A stretch of DNA of 64,000 nucleotides. It comes from a virus. Below, piece by piece: positions 28,775 through 38,536 of the stretch. How positions within the stretch are numbered: the stretch's first letter is position 1; each line of letters starts with the position of its first letter. Under the pieces are notes generated by a model. The model was given only the letters and a program-made list of their open reading frames with translations. It had not been told where the DNA came from and did no database searches. The stretch lies in IMG/VR virus record IMGVR_UViG_3300023440_000001, positions 1 to 64,000 of that record; one strand, given 5' to 3'. Both the position numbers and the translations under genes were made by a program.

Positions 28775-29125
28775 CTATTTCTCCTTTGATTGGATAACCA
28801 GTGCTTTACCGGTTTGCGGATCGGTTTCGATCAGTGCTTTGCATCGTGAACACTTCACCTGAATGTGGGTCCCGGGTAGTATCCTGGCCAGTAACTTATT
28901 GCATTTTACCGGCTTGCCCGCTTTCTCACTCTTACGTGGATCAACGTTAGGGCAGCGTAGCTCTTCCAGATTGAGACTGATTACGCTACCACGATAGTTG
29001 ATGTTGTGACAGGTCCGTCGGGTACATTTGATTTCGAAAGCGTAGTTCTCAGACGGCTTATACTTACAGAGCAGCTTGTTACACGGTGGCGTACAGCGAT
29101 ACTCAATCCACTTCTCATTCGTCAT
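28775..29125 (-). CDS. Tandem Com-like zinc-ribbon protein
   Basis: Two units of RC..CNKLL..(I/V)KCx2-4C. Confidence 0.65.
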   Translation of the reverse strand: MTNEKWIEYRCTPPCNKLLCKYKPSENYAFEIKCTRRTCHNINYRGSVISLNLEELRCPNVDPRKSEKAGKPVKCNKLLARILPGTHIQVKCSRCKALIETDPQTGKALVIQSKEK

Positions 29126-29141
29126 CTCACATAAAGCCCTA

Positions 29142-30758
29142 TCACGATTCAGTAGTAGTTATGTCAAAGTTGCTCTCTGCATTCTGTGTATCATACCAGA
29201 ATATCTGCTGACGCAGTTCTTCATAGAAGCGATCAAACTCTTCATCCTTGGCAATCTTGGGTTTTGCCTCCTGTTTGCCATGCTGGTTGACCGGCTGATC
29301 TTTATTGGCAGCCAGTTTCTGCTGAGCGATGAATTGCGATTGTGCTTTATTCTGCATCTTGGACAGTTTTGCCTGTATCATAAAGGCAAAGAGCCGCTTC
29401 TCTTCTTTCGGACTCAGTGTATCCCGGCCGATTTCATTGCGGGCTTCGTCAAAGGTCAGCAGGTTGGACAGGAAGAGATTAAGTACATGGTTTTCCTTCT
29501 TGATCTTATTCTCCAGATCGATTTCCGGTATATGCAGATAAACCATGTTTTCATCGGTGAGTGTCTCTTCAGTATAGCCCAGCTCCAGCAGCAGCTCCCG
29601 GATCATATGGTTTTCAATGGCATCCTTGATGATCTGCTGGAACTTGATAGTTGTATTCTGCATTTCAGCCGCCATAACCTGGGCTGTGTTTCGATTGGCA
29701 GTATTACCCTGTCCAAATCCAACCCGGCTCATACCCAGACCGGCTAGAATGCGGTTCCACCAGTATTCCAGATACTTATCCAGATCCATGACCTGATCGC
29801 CGGAGGCAATGTTTTCGATATTAACCCGACTGGATGTTACGATGACTGCATCAGATGGTAGACTGTCCAGATAAGATGCAGTACCGTCGATCTCCGGCTG
29901 CACTGCCGGACGGTCTCGTTCCCCTACCCTGGCGTGATAGCGGGGAATGGCAAACTTAATAGCCTGCAGAATGGCCAGCTCTTCAGTTTCCCGCAGAGCC
30001 TTGATATCCGGTATGACCGGGATGGCCATGGGCATGGCAAAGAAGTACTGGCTATCGGTAGCGGTGTTATCTTTAAAGAAGATGACATTATCCGGATTCC
30101 ATTCCGGTGTGTCGTAGGAGAACAGAGTGCTGGGTTTCTGCTTCCAGCGGCGAACGTTACCAAACTCGTCCTTGTCCACAATAACACTGGTCGGAGAGAC
30201 CACAAAGTAGGCAGCCACTGGTAACAATTCCTTTCCGTCAAAGGTCTGACGGAGACGACCTCCAGAAGCTTTCAGGCTGCGGCGTTTTACTACAACCACG
30301 TTAGCATAGGCCACCAGCGAGAAGGCGATCTGTTGAAACAGCTGAAGGGTGGTAATACCCGATACCTGGGCAATCTGACGAAACCGTTTGCGGATATACT
30401 TGACGGTATTGGGGTTTCGTCCCACAAACTCAAAACCATTCTTCCATATCTGCTCTACATACTTCTCAATAGCTCTGCGCAGCAGGGACTCCTTTTGAAT
30501 GGCTCGATCCACCTCATTGAAGTCCCATTCCGGATCTTCGTAGTTGTTGCGATATATCTGTGAAACGAACTTGGCAACAGTCTTGCGAATACGCTTGACA
30601 ACACGAGAAGAGCTAATTCGCAGGGGCCGGACATTGGTAGCCGGCGCGTCCTGAAGACCCAGTTCGCTTCGATAGACCTCCCAGCGCAATCGAATGTTCT
30701 GTAGCTCTTCTTGGATGTTTAAGGGTTTGGGTTTTCGGCGCCAAAAACGTAAGTCCAT
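29142..30758 (-). CDS. Portal protein
   Basis: 538 aa near TerL; IEKYVEQIWKNG, RILAGLGMS..GQGNTANRNTA, LLTFDEARNEIG. Confidence 0.8.
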   Translation of the reverse strand: MDLRFWRRKPKPLNIQEELQNIRLRWEVYRSELGLQDAPATNVRPLRISSSRVVKRIRKTVAKFVSQIYRNNYEDPEWDFNEVDRAIQKESLLRRAIEKYVEQIWKNGFEFVGRNPNTVKYIRKRFRQIAQVSGITTLQLFQQIAFSLVAYANVVVVKRRSLKASGGRLRQTFDGKELLPVAAYFVVSPTSVIVDKDEFGNVRRWKQKPSTLFSYDTPEWNPDNVIFFKDNTATDSQYFFAMPMAIPVIPDIKALRETEELAILQAIKFAIPRYHARVGERDRPAVQPEIDGTASYLDSLPSDAVIVTSSRVNIENIASGDQVMDLDKYLEYWWNRILAGLGMSRVGFGQGNTANRNTAQVMAAEMQNTTIKFQQIIKDAIENHMIRELLLELGYTEETLTDENMVYLHIPEIDLENKIKKENHVLNLFLSNLLTFDEARNEIGRDTLSPKEEKRLFAFMIQAKLSKMQNKAQSQFIAQQKLAANKDQPVNQHGKQEAKPKIAKDEEFDRFYEELRQQIFWYDTQNAESNFDITTTES

Positions 30759-30761
30759 ATT

Positions 30762-32015
30762 CTATATCCCCAGATTGTTTAGGATTTCCCGCACTCGTTG
30801 ACTTTCTTCGGCGGACAGACGATCCATGCAGTTGCCGGAGTGACTTGCCTGAACAGCAGCCCGTGCCTCACTCTGCGGTACATTCAGATAGACCGTCAGG
30901 AATCGCTCTAGCTCTGTCGGGCTCGGTCCGTTAAATAACTGTGTTGCATCCACGATCGGCACCCCATATGAAACTCGATCTGCGGAAACAGAGATGGTTT
31001 CGAATCCAGGAAGTGTGACGCTTTCGTCATGCCGGGTACGCTTCCGGCGATCTTCATCATCATCCGTTTCCCGCTCATTAGTTATGTCAAAGTTGTTATG
31101 TTTGGCAGACTGATTGGACGTTTTCCTGGGTGCACAGAATTCATAGGTATCTATAGCCACGATAAGACTATTGACAACTGTAATCATTATGTCCAGCCAT
31201 TTGAGCCAGGACAAATAGGTTGTCTGTTGAATCGTATCGGCCAGCTCTTTGCGCTGACGCAAAAGTAGTGAATATATGACAGAGCGTAGTTTCCAGAAGA
31301 AGCCACTCTGTCCAAACAGGTTACGAATGAACACATCCAGCAGGTTCAGCAGTCCGAAACAGTTTAACCAGCTGCCACCATATCGTCTCAATTCACTGGT
31401 GATCTTGCTTATCAGGTTGAAGCGTAGGTTGGATACGACCACAAAGAACAGACCGGCAAACATGGTGAATATGCCGTCCAGGGCAGACTTTATGAAGTTA
31501 AAGCTGATCTCCAGCGTATAGGATTTCAACCCCTGTCGGGCTATATTGCGCATGGTTTCCAGCATCACTTTCATGACCACCAGTATCCGCCGGTTTGCCA
31601 GCAGTCCTTCCCGTGCCTGTCGGGATAGTTTTAACTGATCCACCTGATCGATCTGTGCCAGGGAGTTGATCAGACAGCAGGCCAGACTCTGCACATCCAT
31701 GCGCGAACGCAGAATAGATAATGCTTCCCGGGTGAAGCTACGAGTTGATTGCAGAGCGAATTGTGTCGTTTTGATCATCAACGACTGCGGATCACGGTTA
31801 TCTTCCTCAGCCGTCTCCTGCAGGTTGGTTTTACGAAAAGACGCTTCCAGCACATCCAGCTTCTTCAACGCTTCACCAGTCATCCAAGTAAACAGGTTTG
31901 GTGTCGTCTGAACCGGTTGACGGGCAATGCTTTCAAGGAGCGCTTCGATGCTGTCGTTTAGGTACTGTGCTCCGGGTACGGCACTTTTAAGACGTTGTTT
32001 AATATTGTCTGGCAT
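30762..32015 (-). CDS. Hypothetical protein between TerL and portal
   Basis: 417-aa ORF coupled to TerL; helical, with a hydrophobic middle. Confidence 0.6.
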   Translation of the reverse strand: MPDNIKQRLKSAVPGAQYLNDSIEALLESIARQPVQTTPNLFTWMTGEALKKLDVLEASFRKTNLQETAEEDNRDPQSLMIKTTQFALQSTRSFTREALSILRSRMDVQSLACCLINSLAQIDQVDQLKLSRQAREGLLANRRILVVMKVMLETMRNIARQGLKSYTLEISFNFIKSALDGIFTMFAGLFFVVVSNLRFNLISKITSELRRYGGSWLNCFGLLNLLDVFIRNLFGQSGFFWKLRSVIYSLLLRQRKELADTIQQTTYLSWLKWLDIMITVVNSLIVAIDTYEFCAPRKTSNQSAKHNNFDITNERETDDDEDRRKRTRHDESVTLPGFETISVSADRVSYGVPIVDATQLFNGPSPTELERFLTVYLNVPQSEARAAVQASHSGNCMDRLSAEESQRVREILNNLGI

Positions 32016-34288
32016 TAGAGTCCTCTACTCCCTCTCTTGCTGAAGCGTGAGCTGCGCGGTTGATGACCGAAACTTGGCAGCAGTCCGACGCCTGAGTCTT
32101 CATCGAAGTTATCCGGTGGCTCACCACGGCCAGGCCAGTTTCCATAATCCCGCACCAGTATTCCGTTTTTGGTATAACGGAATCCCATTGGGGCATTATG
32201 TTCACGTGTTATTAGACGGTTGTGAGCAATGGCGGGCGTTATGTGATCTCCAGCCAGCTGAGGCTGCAGATTAAAGTTATAGCGCAGGAACTGGTCATGC
32301 TCTTTCCCGTAGGCGTACAGAGCCAGCATGAAAGCATCCAGCCGGTGATCTCCGGAAGGACCAGGTTCATATATCTCTCCCTGCTGACCATAGCGAGCAA
32401 TATTGTAGTCTCGCATCTGTGGTACCAGGGCACGCTCGTTGTCTTCAACAGGAGTACCCTTTTCATCGATGGCCGGAATCATGATCATTCCGTTTTCCAG
32501 AACGGCAGAAGTCAACTTGACAATGAAGTTCTTGGCCTTATGTTTCTGTTTGGTCTGTGTGTAAGGATCGATGGTCTCTATGCGACTGCCAAAGTCCAAC
32601 ACATCCATGCGTTCCAGCAGGTGCTTCATGCCGGGGCACTTCTTCCCGGTAGACGTTTCGCCTCGCATCAGTGCCAGACGCAACAGCTCCCAGTTTGTAT
32701 GACCATGTCCGTGATCGAATATTGCATAGTTGGGTGGAAAGTGTTTCATCACTTCAATGACTTCATCCACGGCCCGGGTATTGGTGTATTCCACAGCATC
32801 AATCTCCCAGACCCCGAATATGCGGAACTTCTTCTTAACCACGATTCGGTTCTTAAGGCTCCAATCTCCCTGGTTGTAGGGTATGGCCTCAGCGGGTTCA
32901 TTCAGAAACTCCACCAGAACAATCTGCACACCATTCTTGGCTTCATTCCAGTCCACGCCCAGTGTATAGTAGTTGTTGGGATTGTATTTCAGGTCCCGAT
33001 AGTCGTAGACATACAGGCTCCTGTCGATATCAGCGTGACGGAATACACCTTCGGCCATCTCTCCGAACTCGGCCAGGTACTCGTGTTCATACTGAGTACG
33101 GCTGGTGATGGCTTTTACCAGTGCTTCTTGCTCCGATGTCCATTCGGGAGACATGGTAGAAGGAATGTGATACTCATGAAAGTTGAATTCCGGTTTATGC
33201 TTATTGACGCTTATCTTCCAGAAGAACTCGCGACGCCCGGACGGTGTGGAAGAGAAGATCACCGTGGTATGCTTATATGTAGTGGCGATAGGCCAGATGT
33301 CAGCCAGCAGTACATCCTGGGGTATATAATCCCCTTCGTCGATGATCAGATCATCGGCTGAGTTGTGCACCAGGATACCCCCATTTGATAAACCCGATAT
33401 GGTAAACCCCGATTCTTCCACGTTGGTGGGATAGAAGGCAATGAAATGATGATAATCTGCTACTTCAATATCATAAGTGGGCATCTTGCCAACTGGGTGG
33501 ATGCTGGCTACCCGGGCCCAATTCAGCTGACCAATGGCATCCACTATGGCTATAAAGTGAGCATCGCGCCCATACTCTTCTTTAGTCTTAATCTCTGATA
33601 CTGGCGTCCAGCCATTTGCAAATACAAATAGCGGATGGTTGGCGGTAGCAATCAGTCGTCTGGCGGTTGTGGTACGCAGTTCGTAAACCGGCTTTACACC
33701 GTTTTCATAGAACTGAACCACTTTTCCCTTCTCCGGGATAGTGGTCCGGGGATTAAGCGTAATGACTTCCTCACCCGGTCGGACTTTCTCAATTGGTTTC
33801 CAGCTACCATCGGCCATCCATACCATGGTGCCGGCAATCAGGCACTTACCACGAATGGATGCATTGGCAACCAGACCCCGTATAACCGAGCCATTATTAA
33901 ACCATAGTTCATAGGGTTTCTTGCGGAAACCGGAAATGGAGTCCTTTATGGCTGGTGAGTCAAATGCCATTCGGCGAATTATATCAAACAGACCATCGAT
34001 CTGTGTCTCGTATGCAGCTGTCAGAAGTACCTGTCGGTGGGCATAAGTAAAGGCTTTCCAGAGCGCTTCGATGGCCAGATAGACCGATTTCCCGGTACGT
34101 CTTCCCCACCTGAGCAGTTTGCGATAATGACGATCCCGCAGACACTTTCGCTGGTAGCGACGCAGTTCCAGGGGTGCATCCGGGTTCATGGGATTGCGTA
34201 GGTGCGTCTCCGCCCACAGATCAGGATTGGCAATAATGTGTGCTTCGATGAGTTCTTCTTTGGTCAATCCAGTCGGCTTTGTCGCCAT
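32015..34288 (-). CDS. terL: Terminase large subunit containing an intein
   Basis: Walker A GRRTGKS, Walker B LIIDE, motif III SSTP, nuclease LGVDWN and DHRLDA. Confidence 0.93.
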   Translation of the reverse strand: MATKPTGLTKEELIEAHIIANPDLWAETHLRNPMNPDAPLELRRYQRKCLRDRHYRKLLRWGRRTGKSVYLAIEALWKAFTYAHRQVLLTAAYETQIDGLFDIIRRMAFDSPAIKDSISGFRKKPYELWFNNGSVIRGLVANASIRGKCLIAGTMVWMADGSWKPIEKVRPGEEVITLNPRTTIPEKGKVVQFYENGVKPVYELRTTTARRLIATANHPLFVFANGWTPVSEIKTKEEYGRDAHFIAIVDAIGQLNWARVASIHPVGKMPTYDIEVADYHHFIAFYPTNVEESGFTISGLSNGGILVHNSADDLIIDEGDYIPQDVLLADIWPIATTYKHTTVIFSSTPSGRREFFWKISVNKHKPEFNFHEYHIPSTMSPEWTSEQEALVKAITSRTQYEHEYLAEFGEMAEGVFRHADIDRSLYVYDYRDLKYNPNNYYTLGVDWNEAKNGVQIVLVEFLNEPAEAIPYNQGDWSLKNRIVVKKKFRIFGVWEIDAVEYTNTRAVDEVIEVMKHFPPNYAIFDHGHGHTNWELLRLALMRGETSTGKKCPGMKHLLERMDVLDFGSRIETIDPYTQTKQKHKAKNFIVKLTSAVLENGMIMIPAIDEKGTPVEDNERALVPQMRDYNIARYGQQGEIYEPGPSGDHRLDAFMLALYAYGKEHDQFLRYNFNLQPQLAGDHITPAIAHNRLITREHNAPMGFRYTKNGILVRDYGNWPGRGEPPDNFDEDSGVGLLPSFGHQPRSSRFSKRGSRGL
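33362..33844 (-). mobile_element. Mini-intein (161 aa) in the TerL ATPase domain
   Basis: IRGK|CLIAGT, ATANHP, TYDIEV, ILVHN|S; too short to hold an endonuclease; inserted just before Walker B. Confidence 0.92.
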
Positions 34289-35091
34289 ATGAATAATCCA
34301 TCACAGATGTTGTCCGCTTCTGTCTCAACCACGACCGTCTCCATCAGACCGCGTGGATAGTGGACCCATATCCAGTCCTTCATAGTTGTGTCAATCTTCA
34401 ATGCCCGCGACCTGTAGAATCCCAGTATATTGGCCATTATCTCCTTGGACAGATTGTCGCGTATCTGCAAAGACTGATACTCATTGCGACGCACCCGGAC
34501 ACCGAATCTGGCCAGCAAGTGGGTTAGCAGCCGCCGACTGCGTTCTTCTATACGAGTCAGTCGTATGGTTTTGGTCTTCTTGATAAACCCGCCCTTATGG
34601 ATCCGGATATTCGGATATGCTGATACGAGTATCTGGCGCAACGTCTCCTGTAACGCATCCTGATTCAGGTGTACCAGGAAATCCGGTATGACCAGTTGTT
34701 GCTCGATTATTGCACTCCGGGCGATAGCCTCAATCCAGTCCGCTTCCGGTGCGGTTTCTCCGAAGATAGGTATATGACGGGGAACAATGATCTGGTTATG
34801 TTTTAGTACATGGTGAGTGGACAGTTTCTTATCCGTATAGAAGGTACGAATGTCACGCCATCGGTTTTGATCCAGTAGTTCAATGGGAGAAGCCGGCGAT
34901 ATATAGCGGTAGGAGCCGCTGCGATAGGTGGATATATGTTTCGGCTGACCGAATGTGATGAGAGCCTTCACGGGAACAAACTGCCCCGAATTGAAAGCAA
35001 TCAGCTCCCGCTCACCTATCAGTTTCTCCGCTGGAGCCCAGTTCCCATTGGACTCCAGCAGAAAGTTATCTCTGGCCAGCTCGACACGCAT
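34264..35091 (-). CDS. Free-standing degenerate intein-like protein (Hint plus LAGLIDADG-like remnants)
   Basis: N-terminus aligns with the TerL intein (NGNWAPAEKL vs DGSWKPIEKV); IPDFL..LLTHLLARFGV; lacks Cys1 and terminal His-Asn. Confidence 0.55.
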   Translation of the reverse strand: MRVELARDNFLLESNGNWAPAEKLIGERELIAFNSGQFVPVKALITFGQPKHISTYRSGSYRYISPASPIELLDQNRWRDIRTFYTDKKLSTHHVLKHNQIIVPRHIPIFGETAPEADWIEAIARSAIIEQQLVIPDFLVHLNQDALQETLRQILVSAYPNIRIHKGGFIKKTKTIRLTRIEERSRRLLTHLLARFGVRVRRNEYQSLQIRDNLSKEIMANILGFYRSRALKIDTTMKDWIWVHYPRGLMETVVVETEADNICDGLFIWRQSRLD

Positions 35092-35112
35092 AGCTCATCA
35101 ATCTCTTCCAGA

Positions 35113-35286
35113 CTATCGTTTTCGGCGGAGCCTTTTCCGCCGTCTTCTGGCACTTGGTTTCTCATACTCCAGCGTTTCTTTATACCGTTCAATGATCCTC
35201 TTCCTGTTTATCTGACGGGAGAAACGCTTGATAAGCTTTTCAGCAGGTTCACCGTCACGCAGTTTTAAGAACAGGTTGGTTGCCAT
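35113..35286 (-). CDS. rpsU: Ribosomal protein bS21 homolog
   Basis: 57 aa from the ATG at 35286 (GGAGGA RBS): LRDGEPAEKLIKRF..YEKPSARRRRK. Confidence 0.85.
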   Translation of the reverse strand: MATNLFLKLRDGEPAEKLIKRFSRQINRKRIIERYKETLEYEKPSARRRRKRLRRKR

Positions 35287-35303
35287 GTAGTCCTCCAGTT
35301 GTT

Positions 35304-35597
35304 TTATTGCACCATTTTGCCACTGCTGCCGCAGGTCGTCGACCATGTCGTATAGGGTCGATAGGGACAAATGATAGTACCATCCCACGGGTAGGGTTGC
35401 CATGGAACGTAGGGATATGGATAGTGATCACCTGCCGGTTCTGTCTCGACACTATCACTATCGTCTTCCGAGTCTTCATTAACAATCTTCACCTTAATCC
35501 CATCATCCAGGATCTCAATCTGGATAGCGTCACCCAGCTCTCTGAGCTTTTGTAATAGCTGGGACAGTGTGTCGATCTGTTTGTCGTTCAACTTCAT
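35304..35597 (-). CDS. Hypothetical protein
   Basis: AGGAGG RBS; acidic stretch and Pro/Tyr/Trp-rich tail. Confidence 0.55.
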   Translation of the reverse strand: MKLNDKQIDTLSQLLQKLRELGDAIQIEILDDGIKVKIVNEDSEDDSDSVETEPAGDHYPYPYVPWQPYPWDGTIICPYRPYTTWSTTCGSSGKMVQ

Positions 35598-35609
35598 ACT
35601 GTTACCTCC

Positions 35610-36548
35610 TTATCTGTGATAATATGCTGCTTCATTACCGTACAGACGGCTGGAAGGATTCACCCGGGCTGCATAGATAGCCTGAACAGCACGCTGCCGC
35701 TCGGTTGCAGCATAGTAGTTTTGAAAACTGGGACCCAGATATCCACGTCCCATTTGAAATTGCCTTTGTTCAGCCAGAAACTGCTTGATCAATCCAGCCG
35801 CATTTGTTGCTCTTTGTAGGGCGTAATTGATTAGTGGAGTGGCGGCCATGTTAGCCAGCTCGAACCATGAATAAGCTGTCAGCAGTGTTCCGGTGAACGC
35901 CCATTTAGTTCCCTTCAGGAGAAAGCCACCTTCGGCACTGAACTTGGGAAAGATATGCTCTACCACTTCATCACCCTTCTTGTAGGGAACCCGAATCCAT
36001 TTTGATACGTCTTCGCCCAACCCACCTACAAACCGAAAGAACTTGGGATCTTTCTCCAGCTTGATAATGTCCTCTGTTACTTCCCAAAAGTTGGGCCTCA
36101 GGGAGTTCAAGATTGCACCTTTGTTGCCTGCCAGCGGGGTTATTTCTGCCCCCTGAAGTATAGACTTGCCGCGACCAAAGTATCCTGCCAGACCCAGCTC
36201 CCGGGCATTCTTCGCCCAGGCGGTGAATACATTCCGGTAACCTTTCTCCCAGGCACGTTGTCCAATCGATTCGATGGCGCTCAGTGTAGCATGCCCCAGC
36301 GTAAAACGGGACCAGCCGGTTACCCGTCCGGAGAATAGAGTTCTGTATCCCCAGGCCCCGGAGAAATGAAGTCCTCCTCGATGTATGAGTCCTGCACTGG
36401 TAATAATACCTGTATACAATGAATGATACACCGGCGGTGTCAGGGTACTGATAACCGGAATACCTGCCATCTGTGCACCAACGGCCACACCAAGTGGCAG
36501 GGCGGAAGGTCTGTTGAGACGTTCTCTTATGTCACCTAAAGTCGCCAT
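35610..36548 (-). CDS. Gly-rich hydrophobic protein, putative internal virion/ejection protein
   Basis: 312 aa; C-terminal AATERQRAVQAI..GNEAAYYH. Confidence 0.5.
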   Translation of the reverse strand: MATLGDIRERLNRPSALPLGVAVGAQMAGIPVISTLTPPVYHSLYTGIITSAGLIHRGGLHFSGAWGYRTLFSGRVTGWSRFTLGHATLSAIESIGQRAWEKGYRNVFTAWAKNARELGLAGYFGRGKSILQGAEITPLAGNKGAILNSLRPNFWEVTEDIIKLEKDPKFFRFVGGLGEDVSKWIRVPYKKGDEVVEHIFPKFSAEGGFLLKGTKWAFTGTLLTAYSWFELANMAATPLINYALQRATNAAGLIKQFLAEQRQFQMGRGYLGPSFQNYYAATERQRAVQAIYAARVNPSSRLYGNEAAYYHR

Positions 36549-36561
36549 TTAGCTAACATCC

Positions 36562-37236
36562 TTAAAACATAGATCGATGTCTGGTTCTGTGCATGGCTAA
36601 CACCAGGTCACCGGAAGCACCCAGGTGTCCGACAGGCATGGGTCTGCCGGGCAACTTGGCCCAGGTACGAAATCCGGGACCGCCACTGAAAGCTCGTTTG
36701 TCCACGACAGCAGGTTGCATGCCACGCATTTCCTTATGGATCTGGCTGGCGATCCTACCAATGCCCAGTCCGAATTGTGCTCCTTTATAGGCACCAAAAA
36801 GACCCCCAAACGTACCGGCAATAGCAGCTGCCGATAGTTTACGCATCGCACCTCCACGAATAACCAGACCGGCAATAACGGCAGAGATACTACCCATGCC
36901 GACCGCACCGGCCGTACTGAACGGTGCGATAACACTGGCAGCGGACATCTTCTGGTTGGCAGTTAATGTCTGATAGGTATTCACCAGACTATCCCACATG
37001 GATGGTGTATTGATGTGTGGCAGTCCACCGGTTGCCCAGAAGTACAGGTCCGTGGCCATATTCAGACCTGCACTACCGGTATCCAGTTTACCCTTCTCGA
37101 ACAAATCCACCGGCATGAACAATCGGGCCGCACCAGCACCTAGTGCCAGTGCCACGGTACTACCGCTAATAGCCCATTTGGCAGCTCGCAATCTGGTGGG
37201 ATTCAGTCTCTGCAGTAGTTCTTTCGCACTTGGCAT
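36562..37236 (-). CDS. Gly-zipper membrane-like protein, putative internal virion protein
   Basis: Several GxxxG hydrophobic helices; C-terminal LGASGDLVLAMH. Confidence 0.5.
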   Translation of the reverse strand: MPSAKELLQRLNPTRLRAAKWAISGSTVALALGAGAARLFMPVDLFEKGKLDTGSAGLNMATDLYFWATGGLPHINTPSMWDSLVNTYQTLTANQKMSAASVIAPFSTAGAVGMGSISAVIAGLVIRGGAMRKLSAAAIAGTFGGLFGAYKGAQFGLGIGRIASQIHKEMRGMQPAVVDKRAFSGGPGFRTWAKLPGRPMPVGHLGASGDLVLAMHRTRHRSMF

Positions 37237-37248
37237 GGCAATCGACTC

Positions 37249-37833
37249 CTACATGTTTAGTATATTGCGCAGTGTTGGATTGGACTGAATGCGACTCAAA
37301 CGGCGGGTTAGTTCGCCGTATCGGGCCTGGAATTGCTTGATACGGGCAGCATCCGGGAAGGCACTGCGAATACGTGCTTCACCCCAGTAAGCACCAAGCC
37401 GTCGACCGACAGCACCGCCGGCAACCGTATAACTAATAATGCGTGTCAGAGAAGGGTGCTCTTCACTGTGGTAGGCGGCCATAAATCCGGTTGCCGCACC
37501 CAACCACATTCCTCTCTGGTTATAAAAGCTGCGTATGGATGCTTCATATTGGGGCAATTTCATGGCCCTGTCGAGCACATGCAGGCGGGCAGCCTTCCTC
37601 CATGCTGCCTGACCCAGTTGCAAATCAACCAGTCCTCTGCCACCACGCTTAATACTGCTGGCTCGACTGACCGCTTCCCTGATGCCCCTATTGGCATTCT
37701 CCAGAATGGCAGGAGCTTCTTCCACCAGCCGACCCCAGATGGATTTCAGATGACTGGCTTCTGAAAACATACGTTCCATGGATTTATACTGTCGGCCGGA
37801 GAAGAGATTCTTAACCCAGTTATACGTCGGCAT
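37249..37833 (-). CDS. Basic protein with Gly-rich hydrophobic segments
   Basis: 194-aa ORF in the operon. Confidence 0.5.
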   Translation of the reverse strand: MPTYNWVKNLFSGRQYKSMERMFSEASHLKSIWGRLVEEAPAILENANRGIREAVSRASSIKRGGRGLVDLQLGQAAWRKAARLHVLDRAMKLPQYEASIRSFYNQRGMWLGAATGFMAAYHSEEHPSLTRIISYTVAGGAVGRRLGAYWGEARIRSAFPDAARIKQFQARYGELTRRLSRIQSNPTLRNILNM

Positions 37834-38536
37834 CGTCTTTCTCCTCCACGATCAAAGCATCGGAAACTACATCCGGATTTCTGCGAAGCAGCTCTTCATA
37901 GCGTTTGCGTAACTCGGCCTCATGTCTGGACTTATCCCTTTCTTCATCCACTCTATATTTACGGCGCATCTCACGGGTGGCCAGGAACGCCTTGCGAAGC
38001 TGCTCCTTTCGACGCTGGGCGCGTTCTTTGACTGAAAGAGATGGGCTTTTCTTGCGTTCATAGTAAGCAGTACCTGTTGCCGGGTCAACGGTGGTTACCG
38101 ATTCTTCTATCTGACCACGAATGGCCAGCTCCTTCTGAGCGCGCAACTCCTGCAGTTCGGCATCGATATATTCGGCAATCATATCCAGTTCTACGACGTC
38201 TTCCGGATCCACCTGAAGGTCGCGAACCAGGGCGGGTACCAGCTGATCGATGACGATCATCTCTTCCGGACAGCCGTAACCCTCCGGTGCGATACCGGCT
38301 TTCTCATATATGCATATTGTCGCAAACGGGCAATCTGAGCTCTTGCATACCATTGGCAGACGATGCTTGAGTCCATAGGTACGGTTATCTTCCAGGTGCC
38401 GCTCGATCAGGCGCAGCTTATCCGGCTCAATCATAATCTTGTCCCGCAACTCTTCCGGGTAGTTATCCAGAAGTACCTTCAAGCTACTGCTCTTTACCTT
38501 GCTCAGAGAAACCGGTTTGTCAGCTTTCTTACTCAT
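37820..38536 (-). CDS. Cys-cluster plus coiled-coil protein, possible terminase small subunit
   Basis: PMVCKSSDCPFATIC..GCPEE followed by helices; the function is a guess from position. Confidence 0.35.
   Translation of the reverse strand: MSKKADKPVSLSKVKSSSLKVLLDNYPEELRDKIMIEPDKLRLIERHLEDNRTYGLKHRLPMVCKSSDCPFATICIYEKAGIAPEGYGCPEEMIVIDQLVPALVRDLQVDPEDVVELDMIAEYIDAELQELRAQKELAIRGQIEESVTTVDPATGTAYYERKKSPSLSVKERAQRRKEQLRKAFLATREMRRKYRVDEERDKSRHEAELRKRYEELLRRNPDVVSDALIVEEKDDADV

Noticed and set aside
32222-33361. 379-aa + strand ORF and other long antisense ORFs (e.g. 18100, 29076, 56313)
   Set aside because: Antisense to well-supported genes, with no motifs or convincing RBS.
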